Below are positions 31,081-41,189 of a DNA stretch of 64,000 nt, one piece after another. The notes below the pieces were generated by a model, which made no database searches, was not told where the DNA came from, and worked only from the letters and a program-made list of their open reading frames with translations. Numbering within the stretch: position 1 is the stretch's first letter; each line of letters opens with the position of its first letter. Source of the stretch: an uncultured Acidobacteriota bacterium (GTDB lineage Bacteria; Acidobacteriota; Terriglobia; Terriglobales; Acidobacteriaceae); NCBI GenBank assembly GCA_963759215.1, contig CAVWYG010000006.1, positions 1,243,146-1,307,145 on the forward strand, given 5' to 3'. The position numbers and the translations under genes were made by a program.

Positions 31081-31509
31081 TCAGAGTAGCTTAATAGTGA
31101 GTTGATCCGGTTCGCCGGCAAAGTACTTTTGTAGCGCATCCTTGAATATCTGGTTTTCAGACCCCGTGGACGCAAACAGTGTCATCGACGATCGAAACTT
31201 CAGATTGTCTGGGTAGCCAAGGATCTGGTCGATGGAACGGCCCTCAACCATGGTCACGAGCCGGGTGCACTCCCTTATTCGCGGCCCCAGAACCGGGTGT
31301 GCCAGGTAGGCCTCGGCCTCCTGCCGCGAAGAGATTCCATAGTAGTTTGCCAGTTCACTATGACCTAAGCCCTTCATTTGGGGAAAAATGAACCACATCC
31401 AATGGCTCCGTTTCTGGCCCGCGCGTAACTCCGCGCACACCGCCTCAAATGCCGGTTCCTGCGCGTCCACAAATCTTTGTAGATTATGGGGATCCTTTGA
31501 ACTCGTCAT
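31081..31509 (-). CDS. DUF1810 family protein
   Basis: LQRFVDAQEPAFEAVCAELRAGQKRSHWMWFIFPQMKGLGHS matches the DUF1810 N-terminal signature. Confidence 0.7.
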   Translation of the reverse strand: MTSSKDPHNLQRFVDAQEPAFEAVCAELRAGQKRSHWMWFIFPQMKGLGHSELANYYGISSRQEAEAYLAHPVLGPRIRECTRLVTMVEGRSIDQILGYPDNLKFRSSMTLFASTGSENQIFKDALQKYFAGEPDQLTIKLL

Positions 31510-32050
31510 CCGCGCTCCCTATTGCTGCCCGACAGGACTCTTCCACCGATCCGTGACCTACCCCCGATCTTTTAGAGTCGTGAACGCTAGCTTCGGATGA
31601 TTTGGATTGCAGGCAGATAGCCGGCTTCCGGTAGGGCAAGGGCGCCGATACTGCGCGAAGCCGTTCGCGAACCCTGCAGGGGGGGTTGTGACCAGCATTG
31701 CGTGACGGGCTGGGTAGTGGATGGCGGCAACGATCGTGGTGCGTTGGGTTCGCAATGCAACAGAAGCTGCAACTTCCCCAGATTCGGACTAATGGGACTT
31801 CGCGACAACAACATCTCTGTTGAGATGGGCGCGTCGGCATCCAACCTGAAGTGGCCTGCTTGCCGCGGCAGAGCTGACGTATTCCTGAGTGACGAACTTC
31901 AGTTCATGATTCTGCGCAGATTCCTCACATAGCGCATACTGGCTGCCCGGAAATCCGCCAACTACTCTGCACGTGCCCCCCCGGGATCGGTCGGAAGCTC
32001 GGAGGGAACAGAGATCGAGAAGCATGTCCGGGGAACAATGGTGTTGTGTC

Positions 32051-32791
32051 ATGAGTCTTAAGTTTCGCGCTGATATAATTCGTCGCGTGAGCTTCGAGCC
32101 TACTGACCTGGCGATTGTCCTTAAAAACACACGTTTGTTATCCGGCCTTTCTCAACCTGAAGTGCGATTGCTAGCACAACGCACTGTGCGAAAGTTGTTC
32201 AGCACGGGAGAACTATTGTTTTCCGAGGGCGAACCCTGCCATGAGCTAAACATTGTCTCCCGAGGAAAGGTACGCATCTTTAAAACTTCTGTCAGTGGAC
32301 GGGAACAGGTCCTCGCTGTCGAACATCCGGGCGATACGGTCACCGAGATTCCCGTCTTTGACGGTGGCCCGTATCCCGTTTCTGCTGTCGCCATCGCAAA
32401 CACGGAAATTGCCTTCATCTCGCGGCACGATTTTCAGGCATATTGCATGGAGCATCCGGAGGTGGCGCTCAAAGTGCTTGCTGTTGTGGGTAAGAGACTC
32501 CGGCGCCTCGTTGAAATTATCGAGGAATTGTCGTTCACCACAATTCGCCAACGGCTCGTCTCAACGCTTGTGCGTGTAGCACAGTCTGAGGGAAAACAAA
32601 CGGCTCGGGGATTGGAATTTCTATTACCGGCCAGTCACCCAGAGCTGGCAAACCAACTCGGGACGGTTCGCGAGTTAATTTCTCGCAATCTCAAGCGGCT
32701 TCAGGCTGAAGGATTGCTGGAAGTGGATTCGCGGCGGATCGTGGTGAAAGATATGAAAGGTCTAGCGGAAATTCTCGACATCGCAGCGTAG
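32051..32791 (+). CDS. Crp/Fnr family transcriptional regulator, HcpR-like candidate (paralog 1)
   Basis: cNMP-binding beta-roll; C-terminal HTH with recognition helix TVRELISRNL (R-E-x3-R, as in CRP). Confidence 0.8.
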   Translation: MSLKFRADIIRRVSFEPTDLAIVLKNTRLLSGLSQPEVRLLAQRTVRKLFSTGELLFSEGEPCHELNIVSRGKVRIFKTSVSGREQVLAVEHPGDTVTEIPVFDGGPYPVSAVAIANTEIAFISRHDFQAYCMEHPEVALKVLAVVGKRLRRLVEIIEELSFTTIRQRLVSTLVRVAQSEGKQTARGLEFLLPASHPELANQLGTVRELISRNLKRLQAEGLLEVDSRRIVVKDMKGLAEILDIAA

Positions 32792-32821
32792 GATTCCCGC
32801 AAGAAGCATAAGGCCGACCAA

Positions 32822-32835
32822 GTGACATAAGTTAC
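32822..32835. promoter_or_regulatory. degenerate CRP/HcpR-type box aGTGAcataagTTACt, 48 bp upstream of ric1
   Basis: Matches the xxTGA-N6-TCACx pattern seen at 39360, 41058, 43929, 45736 and 54732. Confidence 0.4.
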
Positions 32836-32882
32836 TGCCTTACCTCCTATTGTTCGCTAAGTTAAGCGATGGAGAGTGCTTC

Positions 32883-33614
32883 ATGTTCAGCTCATCACAA
32901 TCGATTCGCGACATCGCTGCCGATCAACCGTCTGCCATTGCCCTATTCGAGCGATTCGAGATAGACGTCTGCTCTCTGGCAGACAAATCTCTGAAAGAGG
33001 CATGTTCTGAACTTCAGCTCTCACTCGACCAGGTATTGGAAAAATTGCAAGAGTGCCGCGATCGTGAAAGCGGCGCGGGTCTCAGCGATCCATCCACTCT
33101 ATCCTGTGCACATCTGATTCAGCATATCGTTCGCGTTCATCACCAACGTGTACGCCACGATCTGCCGAGCTTGGTCAGGGAGGCACGCAAACTCACGGAC
33201 ACGCTTGGCGATCAATCCCACGAGTTTAAGGCAGTAGAAAAACTCGTTGAACAACTCCGGCAGGATATGTGGGCGCATATTCGAAAAGAAGAGGAAGTGC
33301 TTTTTCCTTTCATCGTTCAGATGGAGGAGGAATCCGCACTTGTCTATCCACCGGCGCATGCCTGCTTCCGGTCAGTCAGCCATCCAATCTTCATGATGGT
33401 GCAGGAACACGAAGCCGCAAATTTGATCATGGAAGAGATCCGTTGGACCACAGGAAACTTCACACCTCCTGAATGGGCGTGTCCTGCGCACCGCGCACTC
33501 TTTGAGAGACTTCGGGGATTTGATGCGGATCTACGGGAGCACATTCATCTAGAGAACGATGTCCTGTTCCCTCGGAGTATTCAAATGGAAGCTGAACTTA
33601 GAGGCACGAGGTAA
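32883..33614 (+). CDS. ytfE: iron-sulfur cluster repair di-iron protein (RIC/YtfE/ScdA), paralog 1
   Basis: ScdA_N domain followed by two hemerythrin-like H/E motifs (HHQRVRHDL, HIRKEEEVLFP, HEAANLIMEE, HIHLENDVLFP). Confidence 0.85.
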   Translation: MFSSSQSIRDIAADQPSAIALFERFEIDVCSLADKSLKEACSELQLSLDQVLEKLQECRDRESGAGLSDPSTLSCAHLIQHIVRVHHQRVRHDLPSLVREARKLTDTLGDQSHEFKAVEKLVEQLRQDMWAHIRKEEEVLFPFIVQMEEESALVYPPAHACFRSVSHPIFMMVQEHEAANLIMEEIRWTTGNFTPPEWACPAHRALFERLRGFDADLREHIHLENDVLFPRSIQMEAELRGTR

Positions 33615-33656
33615 CGCACGGACTAGGATCGCGGCAGAGAGGACTAACTGATCTCG

Positions 33657-33842
33657 ATGGCGAAAGTTCCCCTTCATCCAAAGCATCCCGAGCGAGTATG
33701 TTGGGGTTGCGCCAAATATTGCCCGGCTGACTCGCTCTCTTGCGGCAATGGAACTGTGCGTACTCAGCACCCCGTTGAGCTATTTGGCGCGGATTGGCTC
33801 AAGTGGGCAATTGACAGCCCCACTCCGATCCCGAGCTCCTAG
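33657..33842 (+). CDS. small cysteine-rich protein (61 aa; CWGC...C...C)
   Basis: Good ORF with a conserved-looking LHPKHPERVCWGCAKYCPADSLSCGNG; family assignment uncertain (DUF3079-like). Confidence 0.45.
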   Translation: MAKVPLHPKHPERVCWGCAKYCPADSLSCGNGTVRTQHPVELFGADWLKWAIDSPTPIPSS

Positions 33843-33956
33843 AAACGACCGCGACGGCAGACGACCCGGCTGATTCCAACTGGGGTGGATACTGAGACAG
33901 ATTTCGCCTATGTGATGGGAACCAGAACAGCAGATAGACCACGAAACCTTTCCGGA

Positions 33957-34700
33957 TTAGAGACGCCCGGTGATTGCCTGGAACAATAAGAGTGCACCGA
34001 TGCTTCCCAGACCCAGGTAAACGTAGTTCATAAAAGCGTTTCCATGCAGACGATGGTTAATGGCTCTGCCGAGGAACACCGTTGGCAGCGCGACCGGCAA
34101 TGAGAGCAGATAATAGTGCGTTACTGCGGGAACCCAGAGCCCGGCCAGCCAATACCCCACCATGACAACGATGCTCGCAGGCAAGAAATATGCCTGGAGT
34201 GTGGCGCGAAAGTGCTGCGCCGACCAGCGGCGCATGGATCCATAAATGACGAGCGGTGGACCGTTCATTCCGTAGGCTCCGCCCAGGACGCCAGCAAAGA
34301 ATCCGCAGGCTACAAGCCATCCCCGGTGGTCGCGCCGCAGTTCCAGCGGTGCGCGGCCGATTAACGAATAGCCGCAAAATAGCATGATGATCAGAGCTAA
34401 CGCGGCCTTCACTATCCTTTGATGGCTGCTTGTCAGAAGCAAAAGACCCAGCGGGATACCAGGAAATGTGGAGAACACCAGCCAGCCCGTGCTGCGCAGA
34501 TGAATCTTATTCCAGTCCTGTACGACGACGATGCCAGAGATGGTGATCGACACTAGCACGGCGAGTGGAGCGGCTACCTGCAGCGGAATGCGGAAAGCGA
34601 GCAGTGGAACGGCGATCAGCGCCTCTCCAAAACCGAATGCCGAGCGAATCAGTGTGGCAACGAAGACGACGGTCAGAACATAGATAGTGATGGAGGAGAT
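33957..34700 (-). CDS. TauE/SafE family sulfite-exporter-like membrane protein; start codon unclear
   Basis: 8 TM segments with the GxxxG-rich TauE pattern. The frame is open to ~34720 but has no in-frame ATG upstream of the first TM, so a non-canonical start or another frameshift is likely. Confidence 0.6.
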   Translation of the reverse strand: MSSITIYVLTVVFVATLIRSAFGFGEALIAVPLLAFRIPLQVAAPLAVLVSITISGIVVVQDWNKIHLRSTGWLVFSTFPGIPLGLLLLTSSHQRIVKAALALIIMLFCGYSLIGRAPLELRRDHRGWLVACGFFAGVLGGAYGMNGPPLVIYGSMRRWSAQHFRATLQAYFLPASIVVMVGYWLAGLWVPAVTHYYLLSLPVALPTVFLGRAINHRLHGNAFMNYVYLGLGSIGALLLFQAITGRL

Positions 34701-34972
34701 TGAGTTTCTCGCAGACTGATGAATTGATATTGGCGAGCAGGAATTACGTCATTCCGACCAGCCGAAGCACCCTCTATATGCTACCGCATTGCGAGCCAAT
34801 CGTACGTGCCGAGACCTTCCGCTTCGCATGAGGGTTCATTGGTAACTGTACCGGGCCGAGAGGCTGTGCCGTATCAACTTCGAGCGGAAAACAGGAACAA
34901 TGTCCGTAGTCTGGTGATTCGCAACAAATCTGGTCGTTCCACCATCTTCTAGGTAGGACGCGTTCTCCGAAA

Positions 34973-35527
34973 CTAAGCCGATTGTTCAGTAGGATAGGTG
35001 ACCTGACTTCCTATAACACGTGCAAAGGGCGTAAGGGAATGGAGTCGCGTGCTGGTTGCGCTTATGATTTCCCGCACCTCGATTCCGCGCGCCAACAGCG
35101 CATCGGATATCAGTGAGCGGTGACACCGCCAAGGAACGGCCTCCGCGCACATGACCGCAATCTGCTCCTGCCGAGCGAGTTTTATTAAGGCGTCAATGTT
35201 TTCATGGAACTCAGGCGTCTGCATGTAATCGGCATAGCCGCGGAAACTCGCGTTGCGCCAAGCGTTGTTTATAGAGTCATGCCGTGCATGGCGGAAGCCG
35301 CCGAGACCGGGCATGCAGCTGTAGTGGATGCGAGCTGAATGCAGAGTCGGGGACAGTTGGTCACGATTGAATTGCGGATTGTGGCGTGAACGCGGCACCG
35401 TGCGCACGTCAACCAACTTGTGAACGCAGTGTGCTTTGAGGAGATGAACGAACTCATCGATCTGGCGTGTGGAGTGCCCTATTGTCATTACCACTAAGGG
35501 TATTGGAGTTGCGCGCTGTATCATTCC
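34973..35527 (-). CDS. DUF488 family protein
   Basis: MTIGHSTRQIDEFVHLLKAH...MCAEAVPWRCHRSLISDALLARGIEV matches the DUF488 signature. Confidence 0.7.
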   Translation of the reverse strand, partial: GMIQRATPIPLVVMTIGHSTRQIDEFVHLLKAHCVHKLVDVRTVPRSRHNPQFNRDQLSPTLHSARIHYSCMPGLGGFRHARHDSINNAWRNASFRGYADYMQTPEFHENIDALIKLARQEQIAVMCAEAVPWRCHRSLISDALLARGIEVREIISATSTRLHSLTPFARVIGSQVTYPTEQSA

Positions 35528-35577
35528 ACCCACTGCCTGAGTGCGTCCCGGTGCATACGGCAAATGCCCAGCTTCCT

Positions 35578-36159
35578 TCAAGCTATTTTGCGTCCTGCGT
35601 CCTCGACCGTCTGCGTTGGATCTGCACCTTTCCAAGTAACGTCCGCGGTTGGTCCATAGGTCGAGGGGACCTCCTTGTTCAGCAGTCGCAGATACACGGT
35701 GAGCTGAGTGCGGTGATGGCAGGTGTGGAGCAGCCGTCGCCAGAATATCCAAATCCGCTGGCGAACAACATCGAAAAACGGAACCTCTTCCAGCCACCAC
35801 GCCTCGGTCTGCACCGCGAGGAATGCCAGGCGCGGATATGCCAATTCCCGCATTCGCATCCAATAATCCTGTGGGGTTTCGCCGAGTGGCAAAACCTCTG
35901 ACGCCGGCGGTTCTGGCACCGCCATGAATTCGCCGAAAAAGCGACGTTCTGACAGCAGTTGGTGCTTCAAGATGTCGATTACTGCTTTGGATCGCGGATG
36001 GGGACGAAATGACATGGCAGGCAAATCGAAGCAGCGCCACACCGAGATCACCTTGTTGGTTTCGCTGGCGTAGATGTTCAACATGTGCTGAAACACCGGC
36101 TGGGGAGCGCGCGGAATCTCCGACTCTGGAATCGCAACGTGCTCGTAATCCATTGGCAT
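35578..36159 (-). CDS. DinB/YfiT-like (DinB_2) metal-dependent hydrolase-fold protein
   Basis: Four-helix-bundle family with conserved His (HMLNIY...HHRTQLTVYLRLL). Confidence 0.6.
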   Translation of the reverse strand: MPMDYEHVAIPESEIPRAPQPVFQHMLNIYASETNKVISVWRCFDLPAMSFRPHPRSKAVIDILKHQLLSERRFFGEFMAVPEPPASEVLPLGETPQDYWMRMRELAYPRLAFLAVQTEAWWLEEVPFFDVVRQRIWIFWRRLLHTCHHRTQLTVYLRLLNKEVPSTYGPTADVTWKGADPTQTVEDAGRKIA

Positions 36160-36306
36160 AACACATCTCCACTCTCAATTCCTTGCTATGCGCGTGTCCG
36201 AGCAGGAGTTTTATATCTCCTGCTGATTTAACAACAAAGCTGGTAAAAAAGTATGCCGGCGCTCCGGCTCTGCCTGCATTGTGCTCTTCCGCACATCGCT
36301 CGTGAA

Positions 36307-36867
36307 TTATTCGTGGAATGCACGGCGCTGAAGGTTGTCCGCAAGCTCTTCAAAGCGTCGCTGGATATCGGGACCGATGCTGGATTCGATGTCGTTGAAC
36401 TGCTTGGTTAGCTGGTCTTGCTCTTCGGCGGATAGAATCTTGTTCGTCATCGGAAACAGAAGGTAGTCTTCTTTCCAGATGTGACCGCCGTAGAGTTCGG
36501 CTAGGCTGAGCAGTGTAGTTCGCAACAGCTCCTTCTCGCTGCCGTTCTTTGTGTACCTACCAGAGACGGTTGCAAACTGCGCGACCAGGATCCGACCAGC
36601 GTCATGTTCCTTCTTTAAGACACCAAGCGGGCAGCCCTGAGGCGGCACACCTTTCAGTTCGAGGAGAGGAAACAGACCGGCTTCTTCCTTTCCATGATGG
36701 CACCGATCAGCGAAGGTGCGGAGGAACTCAAGGGTGTCGGCCAAAGTCTCTGCCGCCACAGCTTCGCCCTTTTCCAATTCTTCAGCGAGAAGCACCAAAG
36801 ACGCGACGACCTGCTGGATATAATGGTGCTCGCGCTCGAGCACTTCGGTTGCTTTCGGATGGCTCAT
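36307..36867 (-). CDS. hemerythrin HHE cation-binding domain protein
   Basis: HxxxE/HxxxxE motifs (EREHHYIQ, HHGKEEAGLFP, HIWKEDYLLFP); RBS AAGGAAG; immediately downstream of norZ. Confidence 0.75.
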   Translation of the reverse strand: MSHPKATEVLEREHHYIQQVVASLVLLAEELEKGEAVAAETLADTLEFLRTFADRCHHGKEEAGLFPLLELKGVPPQGCPLGVLKKEHDAGRILVAQFATVSGRYTKNGSEKELLRTTLLSLAELYGGHIWKEDYLLFPMTNKILSAEEQDQLTKQFNDIESSIGPDIQRRFEELADNLQRRAFHE

Positions 36868-36908
36868 TTTTGTCTTCCTTGTTCGAAGCTTCTCGTGTTC
36901 ATCGCTGG

Positions 36909-39206
36909 TCAGCGCTTTCCCACTGGCTCCTCCTCTATTTTCCATTGGCCTTCACGGACGAATCCATGTTCGGCATAGGAGTGCCCGGTAATGAGGCCGA
37001 GTACAAACCATCCCAGCACGAGGGTGCCAAAGGCGAAGATGCTGTCGCCAATGACACGAAGCCAGCGCAGGGTGTTCATCGTCGGCGTCTGCAAGAACTC
37101 GGAGGAGCGGGCGTACCAAGTACCGTACTCAACCGATGCCCAGGCCTGCATCAGTCCCACGGGTAGCAAACTGATCAGAACCATCGTCAACAGACCGATG
37201 TTGATGCACCAGAACGCGAGTGCAATCGGCTTCTCCTTCCAGGCGCGCCCAGGCCGCAGAGCGCGCAGGCAGAAGAGCATCAGGCCAAGGCCAAGCATGC
37301 CGTACACGCCGAACAGCGCCGTATGTGCGTGCACCGCTGTCGTGTTCAGGCCCTGCATGTAGTAAAGCGCCACCGGCGGGTTGATGAAGAAACCGAAAAG
37401 CCCGGCGCCCACGAAATTCCAGAAGGCCACGGCGACGAAGAAATAAATGGGCCACTTATAGGCGGTCACCCAGCGCGAGCTCTCGTTGCCGCGAGCCAGA
37501 CGGATGTTCTCCCATGCCTCAAAACCGACCAGCACCAGCGGCACCACCTCCATAGCGCTGAATGCCGCGCCCAGTGCCAGCACAGAGGTAGGCATCCCGG
37601 TGAAATACAGGTGATGGAAAGTTCCCAGGATGCCTCCTGAGAGGAAAATTACCGTCGAGAACAGCACCGAGGAAGTCGCCGTTCTCATAGACAGAAGTTT
37701 CAGGCGGGTGAAGAGGAACGCGATGACCACGGTCGCGAACACTTCAAAGAAGCCTTCTACCCAGAGGTGAACCACCCACCAGCGCCAGTATTCGGCGGTG
37801 ACCAGATTACTGCGATGCCCGAACATCAATCCGGACGCATAGAACAACGGGATCGCGATGGACGAAACCAGAAACAGCATCAGCAATTGGCGGCTCTCGT
37901 CACGCTTTCGTAATGCTGGCGCCAGCCCGCGATACATCAGCCACAACCAGAAGCAGAGACCGCCGAAGAGCAGGATCGCCCAGAAACGTCCCAGGTCCAC
38001 GTATTCGTAGCCCTGAGTTCCAAACCACCAGGAGAGATTAAGGTTGCCGATCTTGTGTTCGATGCTCGCCCACTCACCTGCCAGGGACCCGACGACAACG
38101 GCTATCAGAGCAACAAAAAGAACGTTGACTCCGAGCCTTTGGCCCTTCGGTTCGCGCTCGCTTACCGCCGGAGCGATGTAGAGGCCAGTTGCCAGCCACG
38201 AGGTTGCGATCCAGAAGATACCGATCTGCAAGTGCCAGGTGCGCGTGACTGCATAGGGAAGCCACTTCGATAAGGGAAAGCCATAGAATCCGTTGCCTTC
38301 GACTCCGTAATGGGCAGTGATGGCACCGAGCACAACCTGCACAACCCAGAGTGCAGCCACCACGAAGAAATACTTCACCGTAGCCCGTTGCGAGGGCGTG
38401 GGCTTCAACCCCAAGAGCGGATCGGTCTCGGGCGTCGCCAAGGCGTGTTCCGAAGAACTAACGTTTTGTGAGGCATACCACCACACCATCCCGCCGACAC
38501 CGGCCAACAGCAGAACGAAACTAATTACGCTCCAGACAATGGTTGCGGCGGTTGGACGATTGCCGATGAGTTCTTCATGCGGCCAATTCTGCGTGTATGT
38601 TATATCCGTGTCAGGGCGATTGGTACTCGCGGCCCAAGACGTCCACCAGAAGAATGCAGTCATCTGCCTGCTTCGGCCAAGATCATCCACTGCGTTCGGA
38701 GGAATCGCGTAAGCATTACGGCCGGTGTGGAATACGTCGTAGTAATAGGTCGAAAGTTCGCGGAAGGCGTCGGCACGCACTGGATCGACGGTCACATTCC
38801 CTGTGGCAGGGTCGTAGGTGTTGCGGCGCATCATCGCTTGCAATCGGCCCTGCAGTGCGGCCCGGCGTTCCACGTTCAGCGCAGCGTAGCTGCTGCTGCC
38901 TTCCCGCTGTGCCCAGCGGTCTAGAATGATGACGCACTCACGATGTAGGTAGTCGGCACTCCAATCCGGAGCCACGTAGGCGCCGTGCCCCCAAACCGTG
39001 CCGACTTCCTGACCTCCGATCGACTGCCACACGTTCTGCCCCGTCTGAATCGCGTTAGCGTCAAAAAGCACGCTCCCATCGCTGGAGACTACTTGGGCTG
39101 GTATCGGAGGAGCATTACTAATGGCCTTATAGCCGACGCCACCGAGCACAGCGAAGGACACGACCATCACTAGTCCAAGGGCGATCCAAAGCTTTCTGAA
39201 TTCCAT
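36909..39206 (-). CDS. norZ: quinol-dependent nitric oxide reductase (qNor/NorZ), heme-copper oxidase superfamily
   Basis: ~765 aa; N-terminal periplasmic extension + 12-TM HCO core with conserved His ligands (HHLYFTG, HAHTALFG). Confidence 0.85.
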   Translation of the reverse strand: MEFRKLWIALGLVMVVSFAVLGGVGYKAISNAPPIPAQVVSSDGSVLFDANAIQTGQNVWQSIGGQEVGTVWGHGAYVAPDWSADYLHRECVIILDRWAQREGSSSYAALNVERRAALQGRLQAMMRRNTYDPATGNVTVDPVRADAFRELSTYYYDVFHTGRNAYAIPPNAVDDLGRSRQMTAFFWWTSWAASTNRPDTDITYTQNWPHEELIGNRPTAATIVWSVISFVLLLAGVGGMVWWYASQNVSSSEHALATPETDPLLGLKPTPSQRATVKYFFVVAALWVVQVVLGAITAHYGVEGNGFYGFPLSKWLPYAVTRTWHLQIGIFWIATSWLATGLYIAPAVSEREPKGQRLGVNVLFVALIAVVVGSLAGEWASIEHKIGNLNLSWWFGTQGYEYVDLGRFWAILLFGGLCFWLWLMYRGLAPALRKRDESRQLLMLFLVSSIAIPLFYASGLMFGHRSNLVTAEYWRWWVVHLWVEGFFEVFATVVIAFLFTRLKLLSMRTATSSVLFSTVIFLSGGILGTFHHLYFTGMPTSVLALGAAFSAMEVVPLVLVGFEAWENIRLARGNESSRWVTAYKWPIYFFVAVAFWNFVGAGLFGFFINPPVALYYMQGLNTTAVHAHTALFGVYGMLGLGLMLFCLRALRPGRAWKEKPIALAFWCINIGLLTMVLISLLPVGLMQAWASVEYGTWYARSSEFLQTPTMNTLRWLRVIGDSIFAFGTLVLGWFVLGLITGHSYAEHGFVREGQWKIEEEPVGKR

Positions 39207-39359
39207 TATCTTGTCCTCCCGAACATCGTTCTTAATGCCCGCCAGTTCCATCAGCGCTGGGACAAGGAGGGTGCTCAACTACAGAGCTGGGTTTTTCCGG
39301 AGCATGGGTTGCCGTAGCCGAATCTATACGAACAATCGCAAAGCGTATCACCGCCGCCT

Positions 39360-39373
39360 ATGACTTTAGTCAC
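39360..39373. promoter_or_regulatory. CRP/HcpR-type box tATGACtttagTCACA, ~155 bp upstream of norZ
   Basis: Palindrome read directly; same consensus as the boxes at 41058, 43929, 45736 and 54732. Confidence 0.55.
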
Positions 39374-39442
39374 ACCCACATTTTCGGCAGCGCCCGCTCT
39401 CAGCGGCACTCGGTCCTGAGAGTCTCCTTGTCGAAAGCTTGG

Positions 39443-41005
39443 TTATTGTCCTATCCTGACCAGATCGTCGGAGTGAATCCGCGGTGCCCCAAGCACGCCG
39501 GGACGATGCGTGTGGGCAAGGTTCATCGTGCGCCACATCTCAACGCCCCACCAAGTCAGTGCGATCAACTCGACGAATCCCGTGATGCCGACCAGCGGAT
39601 AGGCTCGTCTCGTGAAGTCGGTTGCAATCTGCAACATCACGCGGCCGGCGCACCCGATATTTAAAAGAATGAATGGGCCCAGCAGAGAACTGAAGCGATC
39701 GCCAGCCACACCCGCGAGGATTGGTACCACGCGACCGGCAACACCTATGATCATGAAGCTAATGAAGCCAACCGTGAAGGCATGACGATGCGCTCCCATG
39801 TACGCGTGAGCGAATACCTGCCCGCTGAACTTGCCGTAAAGCAGGTAGAACGGCAGCATGAAGCAGGAGGCTAACAGCCATACATATGCGGCACGAATGA
39901 ACTTGAACGTGCGATCCGTCTGCGCCGGATGCGAGAATATTCCCAACTGCCGGACCAGCAGCGTTGCCCACAGCGCCAGCAGTAGGTAGGCCGCTTCCAG
40001 GCCGAGAAAGAATACTGCGTTCCTTGTGATCAACGCTCCCACGTAGCTCACGATCCCCAACACAAGGCTCGCGGTCATGATGATAAAGATCAGGTTTTGC
40101 CGGTCATGCCCCGGCCGCGTTAGGCCATAAACCACGGGGACGAATCGCTGACTGATCCCGGCAATAATCAATGCCGCAAAGCCAAAAAGTTGAATGTCGC
40201 GCAGCGGATTGTCGAGCAGGGCAATGCGCGCGGCCAGCACATGCTGGCTGGCAGCTGTGGCCTTTGCGAAGAAGAATACGTGGCTGAGCACGTTTCCCAC
40301 GAAGAGCCAGAGCACCGAACCGAATATGAACTTCTCATACTTGTTCCGCGGCTCAAGGGACTGGCTCGCCGTTCGGTACAAGATGAACGCGAACAGCGCG
40401 ATTCCAACTGGTTCGACGCCCGCCGCCAACGCACCGAAGGCCAGACCAACGAGTGCGGGCTGCATCAACTCGGCCACGACCCGCGAGCCTATGCCAGTCA
40501 GCATAAGATAGAACGTGAGGTTCGCCAGCTCCGGCCGCCAGAGATTAGTGTTCTTGAAGCGCGGGAAGGATTGGTAGGCGAAGCCCATGACGAATAAACA
40601 CACCCACCCGTACACCATGGCGTGAGCGTGTGCGTGAATCGCTGGCAATAATCCCGACTGCAAGAACGAACCGCGAAGCCCGATCTGGAACAGGTTGATC
40701 GCGCCCCACAGCACCCCTAACGTAATTGCAATTGCGATGCCCGCCTTGAAGAACCGACGGTAGATGAAGTCCGCAAGCGACTCCTTATAGCGATAGTCAT
40801 GGGCTGGGCACCTCAATTCGGCATTCAGTTCTCGCAACAGCAGGGCAAGATCGACCTGATGGACATCGGCAAAGAACGCCAGCGACTCGGCAGGGCCTTG
40901 TTGGCCGCCGCAGCCGTGCAATCCATGCTGGTCGAAGACGCGCCGTGCGCTCGGACACTCTCGTACAACTTGGGCAATCGTGCTATCAGCAGTGATGGTT
41001 TTCAT
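39443..41005 (-). CDS. nnrS: NnrS family heme-copper membrane protein with an N-terminal ScdA_N/DUF1858 domain
   Basis: N-terminal ~70 aa (TIAQVVRECPSARRVFDQHGLHGCGG) resembles the RIC N-domain, followed by the 12-TM NnrS core with conserved His. Confidence 0.8.
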   Translation of the reverse strand: MKTITADSTIAQVVRECPSARRVFDQHGLHGCGGQQGPAESLAFFADVHQVDLALLLRELNAELRCPAHDYRYKESLADFIYRRFFKAGIAIAITLGVLWGAINLFQIGLRGSFLQSGLLPAIHAHAHAMVYGWVCLFVMGFAYQSFPRFKNTNLWRPELANLTFYLMLTGIGSRVVAELMQPALVGLAFGALAAGVEPVGIALFAFILYRTASQSLEPRNKYEKFIFGSVLWLFVGNVLSHVFFFAKATAASQHVLAARIALLDNPLRDIQLFGFAALIIAGISQRFVPVVYGLTRPGHDRQNLIFIIMTASLVLGIVSYVGALITRNAVFFLGLEAAYLLLALWATLLVRQLGIFSHPAQTDRTFKFIRAAYVWLLASCFMLPFYLLYGKFSGQVFAHAYMGAHRHAFTVGFISFMIIGVAGRVVPILAGVAGDRFSSLLGPFILLNIGCAGRVMLQIATDFTRRAYPLVGITGFVELIALTWWGVEMWRTMNLAHTHRPGVLGAPRIHSDDLVRIGQ

Positions 41006-41057
41006 CGGCGTAACCCCCTCGCGAACTTAACGGTACGCAAAAGAAAACCTCGAGGCG

Positions 41058-41071
41058 ATGACCAAAGTCAC
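41058..41071. promoter_or_regulatory. CRP/HcpR-type box gATGACcaaagTCACg, 53 bp upstream of nnrS (39443-41005)
   Basis: Palindrome read directly. Confidence 0.55.
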
Positions 41072-41189
41072 GGTCGAGCTCAATTTCACCTCAACACCGC
41101 AACGTTCTGAGCCTTATCGTCCTTTCGCTCATTTCGTGTTCTCCTTGGGGCTTTGAAGGCGAGTTATCGAGTGTATATGTGCTGCTGCG

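Noticed and set aside
31510-32050. Possible gene in the 540-bp gap upstream of crp1
   Set aside because: Only short, overlapping, Arg/Cys-rich ORFs with no RBS or motif are present, so it was treated as non-coding; an sRNA is possible.
36187-36214. Inverted repeat GCAGGAG-ttttatat-CTCCTGC between the hemerythrin and dinB-like genes
   Set aside because: It could be a terminator for the norZ-hemerythrin transcript, but it lacks a following T-run and is isolated, so it was not called as a feature.
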